DNA of 64,000 nucleotides from Cetorhinus maximus (Eukaryota). The stretch spans positions 3,224,001-3,288,000 of the forward strand of contig NC_135914.1 in assembly GCF_964194155.1 (NCBI RefSeq), written 5' to 3'. The translations under genes and the position numbers were made by a program. Shown here piece by piece: positions 23,900 to 35,279 of this stretch. How positions within the stretch are numbered: the first letter of the stretch is position 1; each line of letters starts with the position of its first letter. The notes beneath the pieces were generated by a model, which worked only from the letters and a program-made list of their open reading frames with translations, searched no databases and was not told the DNA's origin.

Positions 23900-26030
23900 T
23901 GAGGATAGCCCAAAGACAAATACTTCATTCGTAGATTAAAGGTTACAAAACAAAACAAACTGCCTGCCAGATTATTAAATTTCACCCCACTTATAGCAAT
24001 TCTTAATATAAGCAGAAATAAACCCCACCTTCAGAATTAACGTGGTTTAGTCCTGAAATAAAGCCAATAATTGCTGGAAATCCTCAGCATGTCGAATAAG
24101 ACACTTCCAAGTGTTCTGAAGAGTCATATTTGACTCGAAATAATCTGTTTCTCTCTCCACAGATACAGCCAGACCTGTGGAGAATTTCCAGCAATTATTG
24201 GTTTTATTTCAGATTTCCAGCATCCACAGTATTTTGGTTTTATTTGTGCTTCAGTGCTGGATGCCACTAACAGCCGAATACAACCCCTGTGGTCACTTGT
24301 GAACTCACTGGTGTCTAGTGAGGATTGATGACCAAATGAATCCCTTCCCATATTCAGAGCCAAAAATGGCATCTCCCCAGCGTGGCTGCTCCAATATCTT
24401 TCCAACTTAGGTGTGTCATGTTGGTATGTGACTTGGAGGGGAACTTGCAGGTGGTGGTGTTCCTATCTATCTGCTGCCCCTGTGCTTCGAGTGGTCGTGG
24501 GTTTGGAAGGTGCTGTCTAAGGAGCCTTGGTGAATTCCTGCAGTGCATCTTGTAGATGGTACACTCTGCTGCCACTATGCGTCGGTGGTGGAGGGAGTGA
24601 ATGTTTGTGGAAGGGGTGCCAATCAAGCAGGCTACTTTTCCCTCGATGGTGTCAAGCTTCTTGAGTGTTCTGGGAGCTGCACTCATCCAGACAAGTGGGG
24701 AGTATTCCATCACACTCCTGACTTGCGCCTTGTAGATGACGGACAGGCTTTGGGGAGTCAGGAGGTGAGTGACTCACCACAGGATTCCTAGCTTCTGACC
24801 TGCTCCTGTAGCCATAGTATTTATATGGCTGGTCCAGTTCAGTTTCTGGTAAATGGTAAATCCCAGGGTGTTGGTAGTGGGGGTAATGCCATTGAATGTC
24901 AAGGGACGATGGTTAGATTCTCTCTTGTTGGAGATGGTTATTGCCTGGCATTTATGTGGTGCGAATGTTACTTGCCACTTGTCAGCCTCAGTTGGATATT
25001 GTCCAGGTCTTGTTGCATTTGGACATGGACTACTTCAGTATCTGAGGAGTCGCGAATGACCCTGAACATTGTGCAATCATCAGCGAACACCCCCACTTCC
25101 GACCGTATGATGGAAGGAAGGTCATTGATGAAGCAGCTGAAGATGGTTGGGCCTAAGACACTACCCTGAGGAACTCCCGCAGTGATGTCCTGGAGCTGAG
25201 ATGACTGACCTCCAACAACCACAACCATCTTCCTTTGTGCTAGGTATGACTCCAACCAGCGGAGAGTTTTCCCCCTGATTCCCATTGACTCCAGTTTTGC
25301 TAGGGCTCCTTGATGCCACACTCGGTCAAATGCTGCCTTGATGTCAAAGGCAGTGACTCTCACCTCACCTCGGGAGTTCACCTCCTTTGTCCATGTTTAA
25401 ACCAAGGCTTTAACGAGGTCAAGAGCTGAGTAGCCCTGGCGGAACCCAAACTGAGCGTCAGTGAGCAGGTTATTGCTAAGCAAGTGCCACCTGATAGCAC
25501 TGTTGATGACCTCTTCCATCACTTTTCTGATGATGAAGAGTAGACTGATGGCGCGGTAATTGGCCGGGTTGGTTTGTCCTGCTTCTTGTGTACCGGACGT
25601 ACCTGAGCAATTTTCTACATAGCCAGGTAGATGCCAGTGTTGTAGCTGTACTGGAACAGCTTGGCTAGGGGCGCGGCAAGTTCAGGAGCTCAAGTCTTCA
25701 GTACTATTGCTGGAATGTTGTCAGAGCCCATAGCCTTTGCAGTATCCAGTGCCTTCAGCTGTTTCTTGATATCACGTGAAGTGAATCGAATTGGCTGAAG
25801 ACTGGCATCTGTGATGCTGGGGACCTCCGGAGGAGGCCGAGATGGATCATCCACTCAGCACTTCCGGCTGAAGATTGTTGCCAATGCTTCAGCCTTATCT
25901 TTTGCACTGATGTGCTGGGCTCAGAGGTTGATAACTTTCAAGCCATGATGAATCAGGTGCCGCTTGTCAAAGCTTGAGGTATGTTTGGTTTGAGTTTCCT
26001 GTCTCGAAATGCTCCCCTTCTAATACCTTG
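23900..26030 (-). pseudogene. Disrupted antisense ZNF pseudogene interrupted by a LINE and a fold-back element
   Basis: Exon-start block GGTATTAGAAGGGGAG near 26026; last finger plus CACAAGTGA...ATCCAGCACTGA at 24250-24400; 3'UTR remnant at 23900-24056. Confidence 0.65.
24415..25922 (-). mobile_element. CR1-clade LINE family B, RT region
   Basis: FDIKAAFDRVWH, GVPQGSVLGP and FADD motifs; same family as 4735-7058. Confidence 0.9.
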
Positions 26031-26805
26031 TAAAATACAGGAAATGTGAGGGAACCCATGAAACACAAGGGCAGGTTGTAAGATTCAGCTGGATGAATCT
26101 GTTCATTTGGGGACCAGAAAAGATGGCTTCAGGGTCCCAGTGACCAGGAGAGAAAATGACTGGCTCGTTGATTTTATTCTCAGTCTGCACACAGGGGCTG
26201 GAGAATCCAGCCAGAGTAGAGGGAGAGCGAAAACAGGGAGTGGAGCAAATAAATGGTGGAGATGGTGCGATGAGTTTGGATTTCAGCACAGTGAGGACGG
26301 AGGGTTTGAGGGACCTGAATTTACAGCTTTGGGGAAACAGGAGAGGGAAAAAATGTTGCATGGAAACCATTATTTTCTGTTCCGGATTTCTGCATGTACT
26401 TACAGTGATGACTTTTGTTAACTCCTTTAACAGGATATTGGATGGAGAGGATTTACAGATGGAACACTCAAGCCAAACAAAATATCAGGAACTGACAAGT
26501 CACTCGATTCATCAGGACCTGAATATCGTCGGCCTTTGAATGTGGAAGGAGAAATGTTTATCTGTTCTGTCAGTGAGAAAACATTTCGAACATCAGTGTG
26601 ACTGGAAAAGTTCTGAGACCTACACGCCCTCACCCGAGTGAGAGTGTTCCAGTGCACTGACTGGGGACAGAGCATTAACCAGTTACACAGCCTGAAGAAA
26701 CATTGCACTATTTATAGCGGGGGGGCAAAATCATACCCGTGTTCTGTGTCCGGACAAGGCTTAGCCAGACCATCCACGCTAGAGAGACACAAGGGCAGCC
26801 GAACC

Positions 26806-27618
26806 ATGGATAGACCGTGGAAATGTGGTGACTGTGGAAAGGGATACAATTACCCGTACCAACTGGAAACCCATCGGCGCAGTCACACCGGGGAGAAGCC
26901 ATTCACTTGCTCAGTGTGTGGGAAGGGATTCACTCAGTCTTGCACTCTTCATACGCACCAGCGCACTCACACTGGCGAGAGGCCGTTTCCCTGCTTTGAC
27001 TGTGGGAAGCGATTTAACGCTTTGTCAAACCTCCTGACGCACCAGCGGGTCCACTCTGATAACAGGCCATTTCAATGTTCCGACTGTGAGAAAAGCTTTA
27101 AAAGCAAAAAGGACCTGCTGACACACCAGCGCACTCACACTGGCGAGAGGCCATTCGTCTGCTCTGTGTGCGGGAAGGGATTTATTCAGCCATCCCACCT
27201 CCTGAGACACCAGAGGTTCCACACCGGGGAGAGGCCGTTCACCTGCACTGAGTGTGAGCAAAGATTCACCGACTCATCCGACCTGCTGACGCACCAGCGG
27301 GTTCACACCGGGGAGAGGCCGTTCATCTGCTCTGTCTGTGGGAAGGGATTCACTCAGTTATCCAGCCTCAATACACACCGCCTCGTTCACAGTGATCAGA
27401 GACCCTTTCAATGTGCTGACTGTGGGAAGAGCTTTAAGAGCAAATGGAATCTGCTGGCACACCAGCGTAGTCACTCCGGAGAGAGACCGTTCACTTGCTC
27501 AGTGTGCGGGAAGGGGTTCACTCAGTCAAACAACCTGCTGAAACACCAGCAAATTCACACGCGGCAGCCGGGTTCGGATTCTGCTGTTGTTGCTGATGTT
27601 AATCTCATCCAGGACTAA
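26806..27618 (+). CDS. C2H2 zinc-finger protein C, 9 fingers plus C-terminal tail, no KRAB
   Basis: Kozak accATGg at 26806 (MDRPWKCGDC); nine fingers; acceptor TTTAACAG near 26433; decayed fingers upstream. Confidence 0.88.
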   Translation: MDRPWKCGDCGKGYNYPYQLETHRRSHTGEKPFTCSVCGKGFTQSCTLHTHQRTHTGERPFPCFDCGKRFNALSNLLTHQRVHSDNRPFQCSDCEKSFKSKKDLLTHQRTHTGERPFVCSVCGKGFIQPSHLLRHQRFHTGERPFTCTECEQRFTDSSDLLTHQRVHTGERPFICSVCGKGFTQLSSLNTHRLVHSDQRPFQCADCGKSFKSKWNLLAHQRSHSGERPFTCSVCGKGFTQSNNLLKHQQIHTRQPGSDSAVVADVNLIQD

Positions 27619-28349
27619 ACCCGGTTCATTCTGCCATTGGGCGCTTGTTTCTGCTGATTTTAGTAACCGTATAGCCAGGCTGGAGTTTTAACAACCAGGG
27701 TAATGTGAAATAAATCAACTTTGTTTCAAACGCATTGTTATAGATTTTTGTCTCTCCCACCTGTGTTTACCATCACCTGGCTGAAGCTCAGAAAGGACAA
27801 TCTGGGGGTGGGGGTGGGAGAATCGTACAGCAGCCTGGACACAATCCTTCAGGAGCACACTGAGAGTAAAAAAAAAACAACACTTTGCTCTTTCTCGGTC
27901 TCTTCACTCACAGCTAAGTCCACGTGTGGATTAATCCTGAGACATGCAAGAAATGTGTCCCAGACACACACTTCCATGGCTCGGCGTCCCTAGGCACGGA
28001 ACAGGAGACTCCTTTACAACTGTGCTTAGAGTCAGGAAGAACGGTGGTGAATGCTGGAAATGTGCTATCAAATCAGAGATTGGTGTAACACTCTGATCTA
28101 CAGGCTGCCTGAAAGTTTTAAAGTTTAAGCTTGAAGTCGAAAAATGACTGTTAATTGTTGTGAAGGTTTAACATGTTTGCGTGACAGTCTTGAGTCCATC
28201 ATTTTAAGCCAGGTGTTACCTCATTTAAAACAAATCTGTTTAGGTGGTTAAAATCTGTACTAAAAAACCAGATGGCGGTGGCTGTATACTGCTGGTACAA
28301 TGATACAACACATATTTGATTAAGAAGGACATGCAGCATATCTCTGAAT

Positions 28350-28915
28350 ACTTTACAGCCTTCCGGACTTAATATTGGGTTCAACAATTTCAGATCATGA
28401 ACTCTCTCCTCCTTCCCCTTTCCAATCCCCCTTTTTCCAATAATTTTTAAAGAAATATATCTTTCTTTCCCCACCTATTTTTAAATTTATTTCGATCTAT
28501 TGTTTTATCTCCACCTTTTAGCCCATTTCGATCCCTTCCCCCCCACCCCACCCCCACTAGGGTCATCTGTCACTAGCTTGTCCTGCTTGCTACCCTTAAT
28601 GTCCCCATTAGCACATTCCTTAGATAATATCACCACCGTCAACACCCCTTTGTCCTTTTGTCTATGACATCTTTGGCAATCTCTTCTTTGTCTCCACCTA
28701 TCACTGGCCCTCTATCCAGCTCCACCTGTCTCACCCCCCTCTACCAGCTTATATTTCACCTCATTTCTTTATTTCCTTAGTTCTGATGAAGAGTCATTCG
28801 GATTCGAAACGTTAACTGTATTCCTCTCCGCAGATGCTGTCAAACCTGCTGAGTTTTTCCAGGTATTTTTGTTTTTGTTTCAGATTTCCAGCATCCGCAG
28901 TATTTTGCTTATATC
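28350..28915 (+). mobile_element. PLE family 1 3' end and pLTR
   Basis: Reverse complement of 13640-14360; carries the best-preserved hammerhead. Confidence 0.88.
28778..28818 (+). ncRNA. Minimal type I hammerhead ribozyme (family 1), best-preserved copy
   Basis: TAGTT CTGATGA A GAGTC ATTCG GATTC GAA ACGT T AACTG; helix I TAGTT/AACTG, 5-bp helix II, palindromic AACGTT. Confidence 0.8.
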
Positions 28916-28989
28916 TCTATGAATTCCCTGTTTGATTGATTTGTGCTTGTTTGACAGAGCTCCAAATACACAATCCAAAGCATGGGTGA

Positions 28990-29470
28990 AAGTGGTGGCA
29001 TAATGGTAACTTCAATCGACCGGTAATCCAAAGGCCCAAGCTAACGCTCTGGATTCAAATCCCACCATGGAAGCTGGTGGAATTTAAACTCAATTAATAT
29101 ATCTGGAATTGAAAGCTAGTCTCAGTAATGGTGACCATGGTAAATTGTCATAAAAACCCATCTGGTACACTAATGCCCCTTAGGGAAGGAAATCTGCTGT
29201 CCTTAAACACCCTTGGACCTGGAGCATCATCTACTTTGAGGTTTCCTATTTTAGCCAGGGTGACAATTCAATGTTTTAATTTTAACATTGATATTGTTGT
29301 CGACATCCTGCACCTGGAATCTGAGCATCATCCACAGGAGTACAGGCTGATGTGTGCTGGTCCACAGGACTCTTAACCGCCCTCTGAAATGGCCACTCAG
29401 TTCAAGGGGCAATTAGGGATGGGCAACAAACGCTGGCCTGGCCGGCGCCACCCATGTCCCGTGAATAAAT
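28990..29470 (+). mobile_element. SINE S1 with a roughly 145-bp foreign insert
   Basis: SINE head and tail flank an insert at 29203-29349. Confidence 0.75.
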
Positions 29471-29726
29471 AAATTAATTAATTAAAAAGAAGCATCCATG
29501 GTAACGCGATCCCGAAAGTTACTCTAGAATCACTCCCGCTGCGGAACTCCACCACTGACCCTGCTGAAGATTGTAGGCTCAGAGTGGGGGCTCCAAGAGG
29601 TTACTGTAAGAAAGCTGGGTTTGCAATATCCTGGTCAGGAACCAGAGGAAACCTCACCGAGGAACCCTCTGGAGTTTTACCTGCACGTGTGAGTCTATGG
29701 GTGAATGATGCCTGAAAACTCTTCAG

Positions 29727-30143
29727 ATAAAAGCAAAATACTGCGGATGCTGGAAATCTGAAACAAAAACAAAAATAGCTGGAAAAACTCAGCAGGTCTG
29801 ACAGCATCTGCGGAGAGGAATACAGTTAATGTTTCGAGTCTGTATGACTCTTGGAGAGGAATACAGTTAACGTTTCGAGTCTGTATGACTCTTGGAGAGG
29901 AATACAGTTAATGTTTCGAGTCTGTATGACCCTTGGAGAGGAATACAGTTAACGTTTCGAGTCTGTATGACTCTTGGAGAGGAATACAGTTAACGTTTCG
30001 AGTCTGTATGACTCTTGGAGAGGAATACAGTTAATTTTTCGAGTCTGTATGACTCTTGAAGAGTCATACGGACTCGAAACGTTAACTGTATTCCTCTCCG
30101 CAGATGCTGTCAGACCTGCTGAGTTTTTCCAGCTAATTTTTGT
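29727..30143. mobile_element. Fold-back PLE-derived element containing a tandem array
   Basis: Inverted arms with axis at 30058; TSD core TGATGCCTGAA (29706-29716 and 30144-30154). Confidence 0.85.
29812..30057 (-). repeat. 6 x 41-bp tandem array of the hammerhead 3' half
   Basis: Unit GGAGAGGAATACAGTTAACGTTTCGAGTCTGTATGACTCTT starting at 29812, 29853, 29894, 29935, 29976 and 30017. Confidence 0.95.
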
Positions 30144-30789
30144 TGATGCCTGAATTCGCTCAGCAGTTTGGAACAAACTGAATTCAGTGTCAAGGAATAG
30201 GAACAAATCGCGCCCACAATTAAGGGAGACAGAAGCGGCCATTAGAGGAGCGAAGAGATCTTTGGGAAAGAAGAGGGTGCAGAATGGCGGGAATAATAAC
30301 AAAACCTTTTCCAGCTTCGTCAGGAACAAGAAGGCGGTTCTGAAAGGCAGCTCAGAAACAGATTGCCATGCTCGGACAGAGCTGTCAAATGAGCATTTCA
30401 CAGCAGCCTGCACTCCTGTGGACGATGCTCAGATTCCAGCAGTGGGTTGTGCTGCGGACAACGACACCATCAATATCAAAATAAGAATTTAAATATTAAA
30501 TCGTCACCCTGGATAAAATAGGAAATCTCAAACTAGATGGTGCTCCAGGTCCAAGGGTGTTTAAAGAGATGGGATTGGTGCTCTATGAGCCCCTTTTGCC
30601 CCTACGTTCAACAGCTCAATAGAGTTAGAGACTGTTCCCTGAAATTGGAAAGTAGCTCCCACTTTCCAAATCAGGCACCAACCAGGTCCGTCAGTGTGAC
30701 CTGGATCTGAAAAGGAAGAATGTGCAGGGTTAAGGGGAGAAGGCGGGGGAATGGCACTAAATGAACTGCTCATTCAGAGAGCCGGTGTT

Positions 30790-31190
30790 TTTTTATTTCT
30801 TTATTCTTTCATGGATTTGTGGGCATTGCTGGCAGGGTCAGCATTTGTTGCCCACCCCTAATTGCCCTTGAACTGAGTGGCTTCCTCGGTCATTTCTGAG
30901 AGCATTGAAGAGTCAGCCACATTGCTGTGGTTCTGGAGTCACGTGTAGGCCAGACCAGGTAAGGGCGGCAGATTCCCTTCCCTAAAGGGCATTTAGTGAA
31001 CCAGATGGGTTTTTAACAACAATCAATGATAGTTTCATGATCACCATTACTGTGACTAGAGATTTATTCATTGAATTTAAATTCCACCAGCTGCCGTGTT
31101 GGGATTTGAAACCATGTCCCCCCTCTAGATCATTAGCCTGGGCCGCTGCATTACTTGTCCTGTGACATTACCACTACGTCACCGTCTTCC
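30790..31190 (-). mobile_element. SINE S1
   Basis: Reverse complement of the S1 consensus, including the LINE-B-like tail. Confidence 0.8.
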
Positions 31191-31439
31191 CCCACGATAG
31201 GCCAAATGGCCTCCTTCTGCACTGTAACAATTCTGTGATCGATTTTTGTTAACAAAGAGGTCAATAGAGGGCATAGATTTAAAGTAATTGGTGGAAGGTT
31301 TAGAAGGGAGTTGAGGAGTTTGAGGGAAGACGCGTGAAGGGATCCTAAGAGATGCTTTTTCTGATCACTCAGGAAGAGGAGTCATTGGAGATCCTCAATA
31401 CAGCTTGTGGAAAAGAAGATTGCAACTTACAAACTTGCT

Positions 31440-31740
31440 GAAAAGCTCGCAAATGGGCCAAAGACCGCCATTTTCGGACCTGGAAAGTGCCCAGTCTACC
31501 TCAAATTACCCTGAAAAGGCAAAGAATCTCAATATTCGAACAACAAGTTAAGCAAGCCGTTTCACGCTGCTACTATGCAGTGGCTCCATGAGTGGTATTT
31601 TCCTCTAACGGGTTGCTGCCAGGAGTCCCAAGAAGATGATGTTTTGCCTACTAAACAATTAAGCAACAGCGTGTATGAATTTCAGTGCGGGTACAATGTC
31701 AGGTACATGGGCCTTACTCCACAACAATTGACAATATTCA
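31440..31740 (+). mobile_element. PLE family 2 (Poseidon-like) endonuclease remnant
   Basis: FGPGKCPVYLKLP and SNSVYEFQCGYNVRYMG motifs; homologous to 48740-49040. Confidence 0.7.
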
Positions 31741-32195
31741 GGTTCTGTCCTGCTTAAAAATCATATCTCTGCTTTTTGAAAAAGCCGCTGTGTTGGTGGA
31801 TGAGAGGAAATTGCAGTTGACATTGTCGATCTTAGGGATGTAATCCAACAACAACAACTTGTATTTACACAGCAGGTTTGTGGGGCTGGAGGAGGTCACA
31901 GAAATACTGAGGATCCGGTTGATATTGTGTACCTCAGGGGTGTCAAACTAATTTTCCATGGTGGGTCTGATCTGACATCCTTGCACATATTCAGCAGAAA
32001 TTATTGAACTAGAATTGGATACAGATAAACTATCAATATTTCAACTTTATTGTTCCTGATACTTGGCACCTCTTAGCTTGAACTACCACAGCAACACTTG
32101 GAGTAAATGACTAGACTGAGGCCTGACTTAGATAAAAACACAAGGACCACTTATTTTTAGCTGAACCAGGTGCAGTGTATGTACAGAACAAAATA

Positions 32196-32445
32196 AGTGA
32201 CAGCCATTCGCTGACTAATTCCTCAGGGAGTTAGCCAATCAGGGTCAAGCTGCCTGGCAAACAATGCTTGGCAGTTATGTCAGTCACCATCAGTGGTGCA
32301 TTCTCCACAGCAACGCCACTTGCCAACCAATCAACACTCTCTTCACATGCAGTATAAATTGTTGTTTCCCCCTTATATTGATATTCTTGCAAGTGTCCTG
32401 AGGAGTGCAAGACGAAAAGCTTAGAAATGTTTCTCTTGTCAGCAA
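32196..32445 (+). mobile_element. Solo pLTR of PLE family 2 with a hammerhead at 32394-32427
   Basis: CCAAT boxes, GTATAAA, then TGTC CTGAGGA GT GCAAG AC GAA AAGCTT A GA. Confidence 0.72.
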
Positions 32446-32449
32446 TTCA

Positions 32450-33000
32450 CCCTTGCCATTCCCCACCTTCTCCCACTAGCCCTACATATTCTTCCTTTTC
32501 AGATAACAGTCTGATTCCATTTTGAATGTTTCGATTGAAGCTGCCTCCACCACGCTCAGGCAATGCATTCTAGACCTTAACCACTCACTGAGTGATGCTT
32601 TTTTTTTCTTCCCAGGATGCTTTTGCTTCTTTGCCAATTACTTTCAATCTGTTCTTGACCCTTCCACAAGTAGGAGCAGTTTCTCCCTATCTACTTTGTC
32701 CAGACTCCTCAAGATTTTGAATACCTCTTTCAAATCTCCGCTCAGCCTTTTCTCCAAGGAAAACAGTCTATTTTCATAACTGAAGTTCCACACCTCTGGA
32801 ACCATTCTCCTGAAACTTTTCTGCACTCTTTCTAATGCCTTCACATCCTTCCTAAAGTATGGTGCCCAGAACTGGATGCAATACTCCAGCTGAGGCCAAA
32901 TGAGTGTTTTATACAAGTTCAGCATAACTTCTTTGCTCTTGTATTCTATGCCCCATGAATAAAGTGTGGGGTACTATATGCTTTATTAGTCACATTCATG
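32450..33000 (-). mobile_element. CR1 3' fragment
   Basis: LYKTLIWPQLEYCIQFWAPY. Confidence 0.8.
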
Positions 33001-33129
33001 CACACAGATTCAAATTCGTGCATACGCACGCAATTACTCTCAGTTGCACTCACTCACTCGCATGCACATAGCTCTAATTCTAAAGTTATGTCTCCTTGTT
33101 CTCGATTCCCCCCACAAAGATGATGACCT

Positions 33130-33350
33130 GTTTTGATCATGTTAGTTGTGGGATAAATATTACGGCCAGGACATCGGGGAGAATTCCTTGGCTCTTAATA
33201 GCGGCTATGGGATCTTTTATTTTCACCTGAGAGGGCAAACAGGGCCTCAGTTTAACATCAAAAAGCAGCGTCAGCCTGGATTTTTGTGCTCAAGTCTCTG
33301 GTGTGGGACTTGTACCCACAACCTTCTGACTCGAGAGCGTGTTACCCATG
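33130..33350 (-). mobile_element. Deu-type SINE fragment
   Basis: Reverse complement of the SINE at 43215-44705. Confidence 0.55.
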
Positions 33351-33359
33351 GCTTAACTT

Positions 33360-33700
33360 ATCAAAATCTGTCGCGATTGTCAACGCCTCTACCAGATAGT
33401 TTCTCTGTTGCAATGAAGAGGTCTACTTTCTCTCACGTATGCAAATGCTGTCACAATAGGTGCCCCCCTCTCCCCGGCCAGCACACCGGTTGTGTTGGAC
33501 AGGGGTGGGCTCCTGAGGCATCAGCTCGGAGCAGGGTTGGACTGTTAGAAGGGAAGACGCTGACCTTGGTGAGGTAATAACAGACTGACTGTTGAAAGGT
33601 GAACATAACGACCTCCACCAGCACTGTCATGGCCTCTTCATTGGTTTCCGTGGTGGATGAAAACTGATAATTTTGGCAACCTGCGCAGATATCCATCTAG
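33360..33700 (-). mobile_element. Degraded Ty3/Gypsy-like RT-RNase H remnant
   Basis: PTLLRADAS and QRNY..EALTI resemble Gypsy RNase H motifs; heavily broken. Confidence 0.4.
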
Positions 33701-34134
33701 GTCCTTCATAACTTTATACATCTAATTAAATCTCCCCTCAGCCTCCTCTATTCCAAAGGAAAATATCCCAGCTTATCCAACCATTCCTCAAAGCTAAAAT
33801 TCCCCATTCCTGGCAACATCCAAGTAAATCCCCCTGTACCTTCTCTGGTGCAATCACATCTTTCTCTAACATGGTGACTAGAACTATACTCAGTACTCTA
33901 TCTGTGGTCCAGATAGTGTTAATTTTATATTTCCAGCCTAATCGCGCTCTCGCCTTCTACTGGCTTCGAATCAATGAAACCTGTCAGCACTTGCAAAATA
34001 TTTACAAAGGATTGGAGAGTTCCTTTCTCTATTCTGTCCATTTGAATTCCTGGACAAAAGACGTTGCCCTGTGAATATCGATCTGGAGTATTGGGCTGTG
34101 AAGTATTTCCTCGTTCAGCTTGTTGATTCTAAGT

Positions 34135-34496
34135 CAGTGCTTCCCTAACTTTATTCTGCTGTGGCCCCATTTTAATACTTCACCCTTGGTGCGACTGACC
34201 CCAGAGTGAAAACTGGGGTGCTGGGGAATTATTGAGTTGGGTGGGTGTTCAAACAGCAGGGAGTAGAGACACAAAACGCACACAAGACGCCGACCACTTT
34301 GCAGGCTCTTGTTGGGGGTCAGAGCTCATTGGATGAGACCACGCCCACAGGTCCAAAGAAAAAACCGTGGCCTCACAGCCAATCCCAGGACTGTCAAATC
34401 TGAGCCTCTGCTCCACAGCCACCATTACTGCCTCGGAGCTCACGACCCTAATTGCACATCCCAGGGGGGTCGCAAGCCACAGTTTGGGAAACCTTG
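34135..34496. mobile_element. hAT/Charlie-like MITE
   Basis: Imperfect terminal inverted repeats CAGTGCTTCCCTAAC and GTTTGGGAAACCTTG; degenerate 8-bp flanks. Confidence 0.5.
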
Positions 34497-34599
34497 CTCA
34501 AAATATTGAATCTTCTGGTTTCAGACATCAGAAAATCAAGGTCAAAACAACAGATTCTATTTTCTTGATTTTATTAACAACACTATAACAATACAGACA

Positions 34600-35275
34600 C
34601 TATCAAGATCCTGGGGGATGCCAATGACCAGAAACTGAACTGGACTAGCTACATAAATACTGTGGCTATAACAGCAGTTCAGAGGCTAGGAACCCTGCGG
34701 TGAGTAGCTCACCTCCTGACTCCCCAAAGCCTGTCCACCATCTACAAGGCACAAGTCAAGAGTGTGATGGAACACTCCCCACTTGCCTGGATGAGTGCAG
34801 CTCCATCAACACTCAAGAAGCTCGACACCATCCAGAACAAAGCAGCCCCACTTGATTGGCACCCCATCCATAAATGTTCTTTACCTCCACCACCGACGCA
34901 CAGTGGCAGCAGTGCCATCTACAAGTTGCACTGCAGGAATTTACCAAGGCTCATTGGGCAGCACCTTCCAAACCCATGACCACTGCATCTAGAAGGACAA
35001 GGGCAGCAGACACATGGGAACACCATCATCTGGAAGTTCCTCTCCAAGTCACTCACCATCCTGACCTGGAAATATATCGGCCGTTCCTTCACTGTCACTG
35101 TGTCAAAATCCTGGAACTCGCTCCCTAACAGCACTGTGGGTGTACCTACACCACAGGGACTGCAGCGGCTCAAGAAGACAGCTCACCCACCACCTTCTCA
35201 AGGGCAACCAGGGATGGGCAATAAATGCTGGCCCAGCCATTGAAGCCCACATCCCACCAATGAATAAAAAGAAAG
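34600..35275 (+). mobile_element. LINE family B 3' end
   Basis: MEHSPLAWMSAAPSTLKKLD; shared 3' tail. Confidence 0.85.
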
Positions 35276-35279
35276 CTGT

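Noticed and set aside
24113-24145. Functional hammerhead
   Set aside because: Deletions in the core and loss of the ACGT palindrome; similarly decayed at 12925-12965, 19912-19935, 60650-60675 and 61505-61545
29812-30057. CRISPR-like array
   Set aside because: Units are contiguous with no unique spacers, there are no cas genes, and the context is a vertebrate PLE derivative
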